A DNA stretch of 64,000 nucleotides from Macrostomum lignano. Lineage: Eukaryota. A program made the translations under genes and the position numbers. The DNA is taken from the NCBI GenBank assembly GCA_002269645.1, contig NIVC01001646.1:71187-135186 (forward strand), given 5' to 3'. This document shows, in pieces, positions 51,732 to 62,000 of this stretch; the first letter of the stretch is position 1; every line of letters starts with the position of its first letter. The notes beneath the pieces are model-generated. The model was given only the letters and a program-made list of their open reading frames with translations, was not told the DNA's origin and searched no databases.

Positions 51732-51899
51732 CGTAAAGAAGCCTAATTCAATGAAAACGAGATGATCACTAGAGTTTTTAATTCTAATCTGTTCAAATAT
51801 AAACTATATTTATAATATTTCTTTACCAATCAGTTACTCTGACTGGTCTTAACTTTTTAATATTGATGAACTGAGTTGATATATTAATAAGTTAGCATT

Positions 51900-52348
51900 T
51901 GATACATTGATAAGTTGAGATTGATAAGTTGATATTTAGTAAATGTCTAGTTTGATAGATTGATTAGTTGATATTAAATTAATGTCTAGTTTGATAGATT
52001 GATTAGTTGATATTAAATTAATGTCTAGTTTGATAGATTGATTAGTTGATATTAAGTAAATGTCTAGTTTGATAGATTGATTAGTTGATATTTAGTAAAT
52101 GTCTAGTTTGATAGATTGATTAGTTGATATGAAATTAATGTCTAGTTTGATAGATTGATTAGTTGATATTTAGTAGATAGCTAGGTTGATAGATTGATAA
52201 GTTGATATTTAGTAGATAGCTAGGTTGATAGATTGATAAGTTGATATTTAGTAGATAGCTAGGTTGATAGATTGATAAGTTGATATTTAGTAGATAGCTA
52301 GGTTGATAGATTGATAAGTTGATATTTAGTAGATAGCTAGGCTGATAG
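51900..52348. repeat. Two related 39-bp AT-rich minisatellite blocks (...TTGATAGATTGATTAGTTGATATT...)
   Basis: Direct tandem copies. Confidence 0.9.
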
Positions 52349-52383
52349 ATTGATACGGTGCTGCTATTATCGTGAACCCGCAG

Positions 52384-54505
52384 CAGCAGCAGCAGCCGGA
52401 AAGCGACTGGGTCCGGGTGGGCCTGGCCGGCTGCTCCAACCTGACGGCGGCGGTGGTCACCAATCCTGTAGACGTGGTGAAGATTCGCCTGCAGATCCAA
52501 GGCGAAGCAGCCAACCGGACGAGCAGCGCTCGCTACGCCGGTTTCATTCGCGGCCTGGCCACCGTGGTCCGCAACGAAGGCCTTCGCGGTCTGTACAAAG
52601 GCGTCGTGCCGTCGATGATGCGCGATGGCGGCTACGGGGCCATCCGGGTGGGCCTGTACGAGCCTGTCAAGCGGCTGTTCGGGGAGACCGATCCGGCTAA
52701 CTTCTCGTTGTGGAAGAAAATCTGTTCGGGCGCTGTCACCGGCGTGCTGGGTAGCGCTGTGGCTACGCCTACGGATTTAGTGAAAGTTCGAATGCAGGCG
52801 TTCGAGTCCGGGGCCAGGTACCGCGGCACCTGGCACGCTTTTGTTAGTATCTATGCGGAGGGCGGCGTGCCTGCCCTGTACAAGGGCATCGGGCCGACTG
52901 TAGCCCGGGCCGCTGTTGTCACCGCTACTCAGGTCAGTCTGCTGCTTGGTTTGGGTTAGGCTGGGTCAGATTTAGGGTGTTTATGGGTCAGATTGGTGTG
53001 CTTATGGGTCAGACTTAGTGTGTTTGTGGGACAGGTTTAGTGTGTTTATGGGACAGGTTTAGTGTGTTTATTATGGGACAGATTTAGTGTGTTTATGGGT
53101 CAGTTTTAGTGTTTATGGGTCAGTTTTAGTGTTTATGGGTCAGTTTTAGTGTTTATGGGTCAGTTTTAGTGTTTATGGGACAGATTTAGTGTTTATGGGT
53201 CAGATTTAGTGTTTATGGGTCAGTTTTAGTGTTTATGGGTCAGTTTTAGTGTTTATGGGACAGATTTAGTGTGTTTATGGGTCAGGTTTAGTGTGTTTAT
53301 GGGTCAGTTTTAGTGTTTATGGGTCAGTTTTAGTGTTTATGGGACAGATTTAGTGTGTTTATGGGTTAGATTTAGTGTTTTTATGGGTCAGTTTTAGTGT
53401 TTATGGGTCAGATTTAGTGTTTATGGGTCAGTTTTAGTGTTTTTATGGGTCAGTTTTAGTGTTTATGGGTCAGGTTTAGTGTGTTTATGGGTCAGTTTTA
53501 GTGTTTATGGGTCAGTTTTAGTGTTTATGGGTCAGATTTAGTGTATTTATGGGTCAGTTTTAGTGTTTATGGGTCACATTTAGTGTTTATGGGTCAGATT
53601 TAGTGTTTATGGGTCAGTTTTAGTGTTTATGGGTCAGATTTAGTGTTTATGGGTCAGATTTAGTGTTTTTATGGGTCAGTTTTAGTGTTTATGGGTCAGA
53701 TTTAGTGTTTATGGGACAGATTTAGTGTGTTTATGGGTCAGATTTAGTGTTTATGGGTCAGATTTAGTGTTTATGGGTCAGTTTTAGTGTATTTATGGGT
53801 CAGATTTAGTGTATTTATGGGTCAGATTTAGTGTATTTATGGGTCAGATTTAGTGTATTTATGGGTCAGGTTTAGTGTATTTATGGGTCAGGTTTAGTGT
53901 GTTTTTTATGAGACGGATTTAGTGTATTTATGGGTTAGGTTTAGTGTATTTATTATCAGTCACGTTATTTGTGTTTATAGGTCATTTTTGTGTTTATGGG
54001 TCAGATTTTGTGTTTATAGGTCAGCTTTTGTGTTAATGGGTCAGATTTTGTGTCTAAATCGGTCAGATAGTATGTTTTGTTCAGATTTGGTGTTTTTGAG
54101 GATGTCAGAGTCAGGTCAGCACTCCACATTAAGACACAAGATCCCTCATCATTGCAGGTGCCATCCTACGATCACTTTAAGCCCACCATGCTGAGCAGAG
54201 GCCTGCTCAAAGAGGGCCTGCCTTTGCACTTTCTAGCCAGCATGTTCGCCGGGCTGATGTGCGCCATCACAACCTCACCATTGGATGTAGTGAAGACCCG
54301 GGTGATGAACCAGGACACGGTGGGCCTTCGTGGAGCCGCCTATTCCAATGCGTTCTCTTGCGCCGCTGCCGCCATCAGGACCGAAGGTCTGACCGGCCTC
54401 TATAAAGGATTCGTGCCGAACTGGATGCGGATCGGGCCGCACACTGTTATCACTTTTATGATTTTTGAGCAGCTTAGAAAACTGGTTGGCATTAGGCCGA
54501 TTTAA
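52384..54505 (+). CDS. Mitochondrial carrier SLC25, UCP/ucpB-like. Exons about 52384-52932 and 54158-54505; no in-frame ATG in the first visible exon
   Basis: Three carrier signatures PVDVVKIRLQ, PTDLVKVRMQ, PLDVVKTRVM; GLYKG repeats; RAAVVTATQ|VPSYD; WMRIGPHTVITF; phase-0 GT-AG intron; about 298 aa. Confidence 0.93.
52965..54060. repeat. 19-21-bp minisatellite (TTATGGGTCAGTTTTAGTGT) in the carrier-gene intron
   Basis: Direct tandem copies, degenerate at the 3' end. Confidence 0.94.
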
Positions 54506-54509
54506 TCTT

Positions 54510-54515
54510 AATAAA
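54510..54515 (+). terminator. Candidate polyadenylation signal AATAAA of the carrier gene
   Basis: 4 nt after the stop codon, followed by AT-rich sequence. Confidence 0.55.
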
Positions 54516-54659
54516 CTGATTTGCTGTAATTGTAATTCTATTTAAAATATTCAATTTTCTATACATGTCGGCTGGATTATATTTTATTATACATTTATAA
54601 CTATGACTGGCTACTATTAGTAAGCCTACTAATTCCGTATTCTGTTTCCGTTATTCTAT

Positions 54660-55160
54660 GCCAGATTTTTCTGGATAGTGATATTTTATTCATAGATTAC
54701 AAAATATGTCAGATAAATTAGTGAAAATAATTATAGAAACGTTATCTCAACTTTTAGGCGATATGTATCGAAAGTACTGTTTTTTCATTACTGTACAAAT
54801 TTCGATAAAATATTTCATTTTATATTGTTTGTAGAATAGTTTCATTTCTATGGATACATTTTTTATTCACTTTTTACCAGATTTTCTGATAAATTATTAG
54901 AAAAAATTAAAATGTTTTCTCAAAGTTTAGGCGATATGTATCGAAAGTACACATTTTTCAATACTGTACATTTCATTATTGTTGCTAAAATATTCCATTC
55001 TATACTGTTAGTAGAATAGGGTGATTTTCTGGATAGACTTTTTATTCGAACTGTTTTCTCAACGTTTTGGCGATATGTATCAAAAGTATCAACAGTCTTT
55101 TAATACTGAACAAATTACGGACACAATATTCCATTTTTATACTGGTAGTAGAATGGCATA
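54660..55160. repeat. Degenerate 140-175-bp AT-rich triplication
   Basis: The anchor GGCGATATGTATC(G/A)AAAGTA occurs at 54757, 54930 and 55069. Confidence 0.8.
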
Positions 55161-55491
55161 TAAATAAACTAACTTTGAAGTATATTTTCGATGCATCCCG
55201 GAACACAGGTTAATAGTTAGTTCTCACTTCTCTATCTCTCTATGCACTGCTATTTTAACTACCATTGAGGTCTCTAGCAATGATGTATGCGGAACGCTAA
55301 ATAAAAGGTACTTTGATTTATTTATTTAAAACTTGACTTCCTTTCTTCGACTTTTATTTAAAATTGATTTGCATTCAGGACTTAATATACGATCGTAGAT
55401 ATATTTATGAGGCCACTGCATAGATATCTATCCATCGTGTCCATCAAATTCAACAATTAAAAATTTGCCTTTCAGTGTTCAGCGCTGCACA

Positions 55492-58400
55492 ATGCCTGGG
55501 GGCATACCAGATCGGTAAGTGCGTAGCGCTATTGATAACTTACACCTGCCTTCTCTATACCAATCTGCCCGAATTCCCCTTATGAATCTCTCCCCCCCCG
55601 AATTCCCCTTAAAAATCTCTCCCCCGAATTCCCTTAAGAATCTCTCCCCCCCGAATTCCCTTAAGAATCTCTCCCCCCGAATTCCCCTTAAGAATCTCTC
55701 CTCCCAGAATCCCCTTAAGAATCTCTCCTCCCAGAATCCCCTTAAGAATCTCTCCCCCAGAATCCCCTTATAAATCTCTCCCCCCGAATTCCCCTTATGA
55801 ATCTCTCCCCCGAATTCCCCTTAAGAATCTCTCCCCCGAATTCCCCTTATAAATCTCTCCCCCCCGAATTCCCCTTAAGAATCTCTCCCCCGAATTCCCT
55901 TAAGAATCTCTCCCCCGAATTCCCCTTAAGAATCTCTCTCCCCAGAATCCCCTTAAGAATCTCTCCCCCCAGAATCCCCTTAAGAATCTCTCCCCCCGAA
56001 TTCCCCTTAAGAATCTCTCCCCCCGAATTCCCCTTAAGAATCTCTCCCCCAGAGTCCCTTAAGAATCTCTCCCCAGAATCCCTTAAGAATCTCTCCCCCA
56101 GAATCCCCTTAAGAATCTCTCCCCCCAAATTCCCCTTAAGAATCTCTCCCCCGAATTCCCTTATGAATCTCTCCCCCAGAATCCCCTTAAGAATCTCTCC
56201 CCCGAATTCCCCTTAAGAATCTCTCCCTTATGAATCTCTCCCCCGAATTCCCTAAAGAATTCTCCTTGAATTCCCTTAAAGAATACCCCCGCGGAATTCC
56301 AATTTCCAGATGGGAAGCCTATAACCCGTTTAAGGAGATTATCTCTGACACACATTTTCTAGCGGTTAAAGTGCCACTCAAACAGGTGAGTTAATAAGTT
56401 ATTTTGTTGCAATTATGCTTTATCATATTTGAAAAAGCAATAAAAATGAGGTGAACACATTGACTCAGCCACAATGATTGCTTTGTATAAAAAAACTATT
56501 TTGTATTGCATTCGCAGTGCTACGTTGCCTCAATGCCAGCTCATGAGCAGTTCACCCCGTCCGAGCTGATGAACAGGTGCAAACAGATGAAGCTGCCACT
56601 GGGACTGGTGGTGGATCTCACTTTCACTACTCGGTACTACAACCCTCAGGTAAACCTGCCTTAAGGGGATTTTTATGGATCTGATTTTTGGGGAATTTTT
56701 ATGGATCTGATTTTTGGGGGATTTTTATGGATCTGATTTTTGGGGGGATTTTTATGGATCTGATTTTTTAGGGGATTTTTATGGATCTGATTTTTGGGGA
56801 ATTTTTATGGATCTGATTTTTTAGGGGATTTTTATGGATCTGCTTTTTGGGGGATTTTTATGGATCTGATTTTTTAGGGGATTTTTATGGATCTGATTTT
56901 TGGGGAATTTTTATGGATCTGATTTTTTAGGGGATTTTTATGGATCTGCTTTTTGGGGGGATTTTTATGGATCTGATTTTTTAGGGGATTTTTATGGATC
57001 TGATTTTTAGGGGATTTTTATGGATCTGATTTTTAGGGGATTTTTATGGATCTGATTTTTTAGGGGATTTTTATGGATCTGATTTTTAGGGGATTTTTAT
57101 GGATCTGATTTTTTAGGGGATCTTTATGGATCTGATTTTTTAGGGGATTTTTATGGATCTGATTTTTAGGGGATTTTTATGGATCTGATTTTTTGGGGAT
57201 TTTTATGGATCTGATTTTTAGGGGATTTTTATGAATCTGATTTTTTGGGGATTTTTATGAATCTTATTTTTGGGGATTTTTATGGGGGATTTTTATGAAT
57301 CTGATTTTTGGGGATTAAATTTTGGATTTTCATATGATTGAGGTAGTTGTAAACATTTTAAGAGGTTTGAAGTTTCAATGGCTGGCAAAAAAAATAAATT
57401 TTCGAATTCTAGGAATTCACCAGCCAGGGAGTGAAATACGAGAAAATCTTTGTTGAAGGCCACAACATCCCTGACCAAAAGTGCATAAGCAGGTGAATAA
57501 ATCAAAGCTACAACGTATGAACGCCGTTTTGTCATCTTCTCCACGCCGCCTCTCTGCTTAAAAATAATCCTCTTCCAGATTCGAAGCCGTGGTCAACCAG
57601 TTCAGACAGGAATCTCCTGGTGAGTCTTTGTTCGCGTGTAAAATACACCGGTCTTTGTTTCGGTGTAAAAGCCATTCCTGTTAATCATATCTCCTATAGG
57701 GTTAAACTCGTAATTTTCCGTGTTATCTACGAGTATCTTAGCAAATCCATGCTCCATAAAATGCCAACGGGAATCCGTTGAGAAATCCCTAAGAGAATCT
57801 CAACGGAAATCCCAAATCCCTGAGAGAATCTCAACGGAAATCCCAAATCCCTAAGAGAATCCCAACAGGAATCCCAAATCCCTAAGAGAATCCCAACAGG
57901 AATCCCAAATCCCTAAAAGAATCTCAACGGAAATCCCAAATCCCTAAGAGAATCCCAACAGGAATCCCATATCCCTAAGAGAATCTCAACGAAAATCCCA
58001 AATCCCTAAGAGAATCCCAACAGGAATCCCATATCCCTAAGAGAATCTCAACGGAAATCCCAAATTCCTAAGAGAATCTCAACGGAAATCCCAAATCCCT
58101 AAGAGAATCCCAACAGGAATCCCAAATCCCTAAGAGAATCTCAACGGAAATCCCAAATTCCTAAGAGAATCTCAACGGAAATCCAAACCCTTATGAAAAT
58201 GTCAGCGGAAGACCTAAATCCCAAAGAGAATCTCAGATTAAGTCCCAAATCCCAGAGAATCTCAGCGGAAATCCCAAATCTATTGCAAAAAAAATCTTAA
58301 CGGAATCCACATCCGAGCCAATTTCCTCAAAAGCAATTGATTTCGCGAGTGGAATTCCTGAGTTTGCAATCACCCCCCCCCCAGACTCGGTGGTAGCTGT

Positions 58401-58578
58401 GCACTGCACCCACGGGGTGAACCGCACCGGCTACATGATCTGCCGCTACCTGATCGACGTCGACGGCTGGCCGGCCGAGAAAGCCATCGCCGCGTTTGCT
58501 GAGGCCCGCGGCTTCCCTATTGAGCGGGAGAATTATCTGGCCGACCTGCGTGCCGTTGCGGTAAAAGCTGGGCGTTGA
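55492..58578 (+). CDS. DUSP11: RNA 5'-triphosphatase DUSP11/PIR1-like. Exons 55492-55514, 56310-56385, 56518-56649, 57413-57492, 57579-57619, 58385-58578 (181 aa)
   Basis: IPDRW..Y, F.AVKVPL, LGLVVDLTFTTRYY, KIFVEGH.IP, active site VHCTHGVNRTGYMICRYLID, RG.PIERENY..DL; five GT-AG junctions, all phase-consistent (546 nt). Confidence 0.95.
55575..56280. repeat. About 26-27-bp minisatellite (GAATCTCTCCCCCGAATTCCCCTTAA) in DUSP11 intron 1
   Basis: Direct tandem copies. Confidence 0.93.
56664..57310. repeat. About 26-bp minisatellite (GGGGATTTTTATGGATCTGATTTTTT) in DUSP11 intron 3
   Basis: Direct tandem copies. Confidence 0.93.
57775..58260. repeat. About 31-bp minisatellite (AATCCCAAATCCCTAAGAGAATCTCAACGGA) in DUSP11 intron 5
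   Basis: Direct tandem copies. Confidence 0.92.
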
Positions 58579-58608
58579 TGGGGAGGCTTTTTTGGGTAAT
58601 GATGTGAT

Positions 58609-58614
58609 AATAAA
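58609..58614 (+). terminator. Candidate polyadenylation signal AATAAA of DUSP11
   Basis: 30 nt after the TGA at 58576-58578. Confidence 0.55.
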
Positions 58615-58630
58615 GTAATCGCGTCATTTG

Positions 58631-58960
58631 GTAGCCATTGCAACATTGTCCCTGGTGTAACCCTAGGCAACCAATTCTCTTGGATACCCGTGGCAACCGA
58701 TTTTACTGAGGCACCGTAGCAACCATTCTTTAGGTACCTTAGTAACCAATTTTCTTAGGTAACCATAGCAACCGATTTTATTAGTTGTCCATAGCAACCG
58801 ATTTTTTGAGTTATCCATAGCAACCAATTTTCTTAGGTAACCATAGCAGCCGATTCTCTCAGTTATCCATAGCAACCAATTTTCTTAGGTAACCATAGCA
58901 GCCGATTCTCTCAGTTATCCATAGCAACCAGTTTTCTTAGGTAACCATAGCAACCGATTT
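58631..58960. repeat. About 26/52-bp degenerate repeat carrying GTAACCATAGCAAC / GTTATCCATAGCAAC
   Basis: The motif recurs about every 26 nt. Confidence 0.85.
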
Positions 58961-59368
58961 TATTTGATATGCATAAGATTTTTTTCTTTGTTTACCTGCT
59001 AGGCAACAGAGTTGCTAGACTAGCTAGAGAGAAAAGTAAGGATAAAGAATAGTAACAGTGGTAACCATGGCAACCGACCATACCTCAACGCAGGCGTCGC
59101 AGCAGCAGTCCAAGGCCGAGCAACGATCGACCCGCCAGCCGCAGTTGCTGCAGAAGCGGGTGGGGCTGCAGTGCAGAGCGCCAACAGCCACGATGGCAGT
59201 TGGCAGAATCAGAAGCAAAGTCGTCCAAAACCGTACGATCATCCCGCGTCCCGCCGGAAGGCAATCACTGGTTTCCATGGTTACAATGGCTATCAACCCT
59301 ATGGTGTTCAATACAATTTTGGTTATTACGATTCGTATGGCAACTATTTTGGCCCAATTACCAGGGTC

Positions 59369-59615
59369 AAAGTCATCATGGTAGCCATGGCAACCAAACT
59401 CATCATGGTAGCCATGGCAACCAAAGTCGTCACGGTAGCCATGGCAACCAAAGTCATCATAGTAGCCATGGCAACCAAAGTCGTCACGGTAGCCATGGCA
59501 ACCAAAGTCATCATGGTAGCCATGGCAACCACCGTCATCATAGTAGCCATGGCAACCGAAGTCATCATAGTAGCCATGGCAACCGAAGTCATCATAGTAG
59601 CCATGGCAACCAAAG
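59369..59615. repeat. 27-bp repeat (AAAGTCATCATGGTAGCCATGGCAACC), 9 copies
   Basis: GTAGCCATGGCAAC at 59381, 59408, ... 59597. Confidence 0.95.
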
Positions 59616-59884
59616 TCATAAATGGCGCCATACCGGAAATCAACATGGCCAACAGGGAAATTAACCGCACCGTGCTGCTCGCGTGTAGTGTTCTCAATTG
59701 GTTGAATTGTACTGCCGATGTACAATGCATGCTACCACGGGTACAAGCTGATATCTTCTGCGTGTAAACCAAACTTAGAGAAATAGGAAGCGATTATTTC
59801 AAATAGTCTTACATGTACATGCATAGGTGTGCACTACGGCTTCTCTGACTGGCCAGCTGCTTCTGCTCTGTCTGTCTGTCTGTG

Positions 59885-59922
<38 letters not shown>

Positions 59923-60547
59923 GCTGACTGGCTGGCTGGCTGTCTGTCTGTCGGTCAGTCTGTATGTCTGTATGCAGTTACAGTATGTCTGTATGCACCG
60001 AATCGAATCCAAAGTTTCTCCTCTTATATTGCCTTGAAAGCCGTCTTCGCGGTTCTGTCTATTTTGTTGTTAACTAAATAGGGGGGCAGGCCCATAGGTC
60101 CAATATCTGCTCATCTTTTGCATAATGCACAGAGCATAAATACACTGGTTGAGTTTGCCTTGAAATTATATGTACTCGTAAAATTTTATGTACAAGCTAA
60201 CATTGTCGACTTTTAGGGCTGCAGTTTTTTTCATTTATATGAAATGTCGTCAGCCAGTCAAGAGGTTGAAGAGAAACCTATGTGCAGATAATGCCATCAT
60301 AAACCGAATGATGAATCACCACGATGACATTATTTTCTTCCTAAAATGCTTGATGCCTTAAAAAGCCACTCCCAGACGGACATGTAATATCGGTGCTTTC
60401 AAACTCTAAGATAAATAAAGATTCATGTGCATTCGGGAATGGAAAATTCGGGAAAATACTCAACGCACGCTATACTAACAGTACGAGCGTAGAGCAAATC
60501 GATGCGAGGCCTAGGTTCGATTATTGCTAGAGAAAAAGTAAGTGCAC

Positions 60548-61400
60548 TGAGACCGTGGGAGGGTGGATAGAGGTGAGACCGTGGGAGGGTGGATAGAGGT
60601 GAGACCGTGGGAGGGTGGATAGAGGTGAGACCGTGGGAGGGTGGATAGAGGTGAGACCGTGGTAGGGTGGATAGAGGTGAGACCGTGGGAGGGTGGATAG
60701 AGGTGAGACCGTGGGAGGGTGGATAGAGGTGAGACCGTGGTAGGGTGGATAGAGGTGAGACCGTGGGAGGGTGGATAGAGGTGAGACCGTGGTAGGGTGG
60801 ATAGAGGTGAGACCGTGTTAGGGTGGATAGAGGTGAGACCGTGGTAGGGTGGATAGAGGTGAGACCGTGGGAGGGTGGATAGAGGTGAGACCGTGGGAGG
60901 GTGGATAGAGGTGAGACCGTGGGAGGGTGGATAAAGGGGAGAGGCCGTGGATAGAGGGGAGAGGGTGGATAGAGGGGAGAGGCCGTGGATAGGAGAGGGT
61001 GGATAGAGGGAAGAGGGTGGATAAAGGGGAGAGGCCGTGGATAGAGGGGAGAGGGTGGATAGAGGGGAGTGGGTGGATAGAGGGGAGAGGGTGGATAGAG
61101 GGAGAGGGTGGATAGAGGGGAGAGGCCGTGGATAGGAGAGAGGGTGGATAGAGGAAGAGGGTGGATAGAGGGGAGTGGGTGGATAGAGGGAGAGGCCGTG
61201 GATAGAGGGGAGAGGGTGGATAGAGGGGAGAGGGTGGATAGAGGGGAGAGGCCGTGGATAGGAGAGAGGGTGGATAAAGGGAAGAGGTTGGATAAAGGGG
61301 AGAGGCCGTGGATAGAGGGGAGAGGCCGTGGATAGAGGGGAGAGAGGGTGGATAGAGGGGAGAGAGTATGGATAGAGGGAAGAGGGTGGATGGAGGGGAA
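60548..61400. repeat. 26-bp G-rich minisatellite (GAGACCGTGGGAGGGTGGATAGAGGT) grading into a degenerate GTGGATAGAGGGGAGAGG array after about 60935
   Basis: Direct tandem copies. Confidence 0.93.
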
Positions 61401-62000
61401 TTCTTGAATTTATTTCAGTGAGCTACATGCTAGCCCTCCTAAAACCCTCGTTTTATCGCTTTATTTTATGCATATTCTTTGACTAATTCGTCATCGACTG
61501 TTTGTGGTTAGAAGAGAAGTACGACATTAAAGCGATTCTCTTAACTCTTAGTCAGATCTCTTAACTAATTGCCGGATTTAATTTCCATTATGCAGGCCTT
61601 TACACATCAGGGGATGAATCGGCTAGCTTATAGCTTCTATTGATCGTTTGAAAATTGTCTATGGTAAACGCGATCCATTTATTTTTGAATTTGTGAAGGG
61701 AACGAGTCCCTTAAGCTTAAGCTATTTATCATTTTAGAAAAAATTAGATAGACTTAAATTCTTATATTTTTGAGTGTACAGTATTTTGAGGAATTAAATC
61801 CTTTCATGTTTATTTGTAATCGGCACACTTTCAGAACAAGAGCCGGTGAATGAATGTAGTTATACGCATTGTAGGTTTTCTGAAAAATATTTTAACAGGG
61901 GTCGAGAAAGCATAGTCACTTTAGTTAAAACATAAATTTTTTGTTATCTCGCGCTATTTTATGCGCGGATTTAAACTCAAACTTTTTAGACGAGCAGCCA

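Noticed and set aside
46545-57310. NF-kB-like motifs in arrays (GGGGAATCCC at 46545-46900; GGGGATTTTT in DUSP11 intron 3)
   Set aside because: Short degenerate motifs match G/C-run repeats easily, and I cannot establish that this organism has NF-kB.
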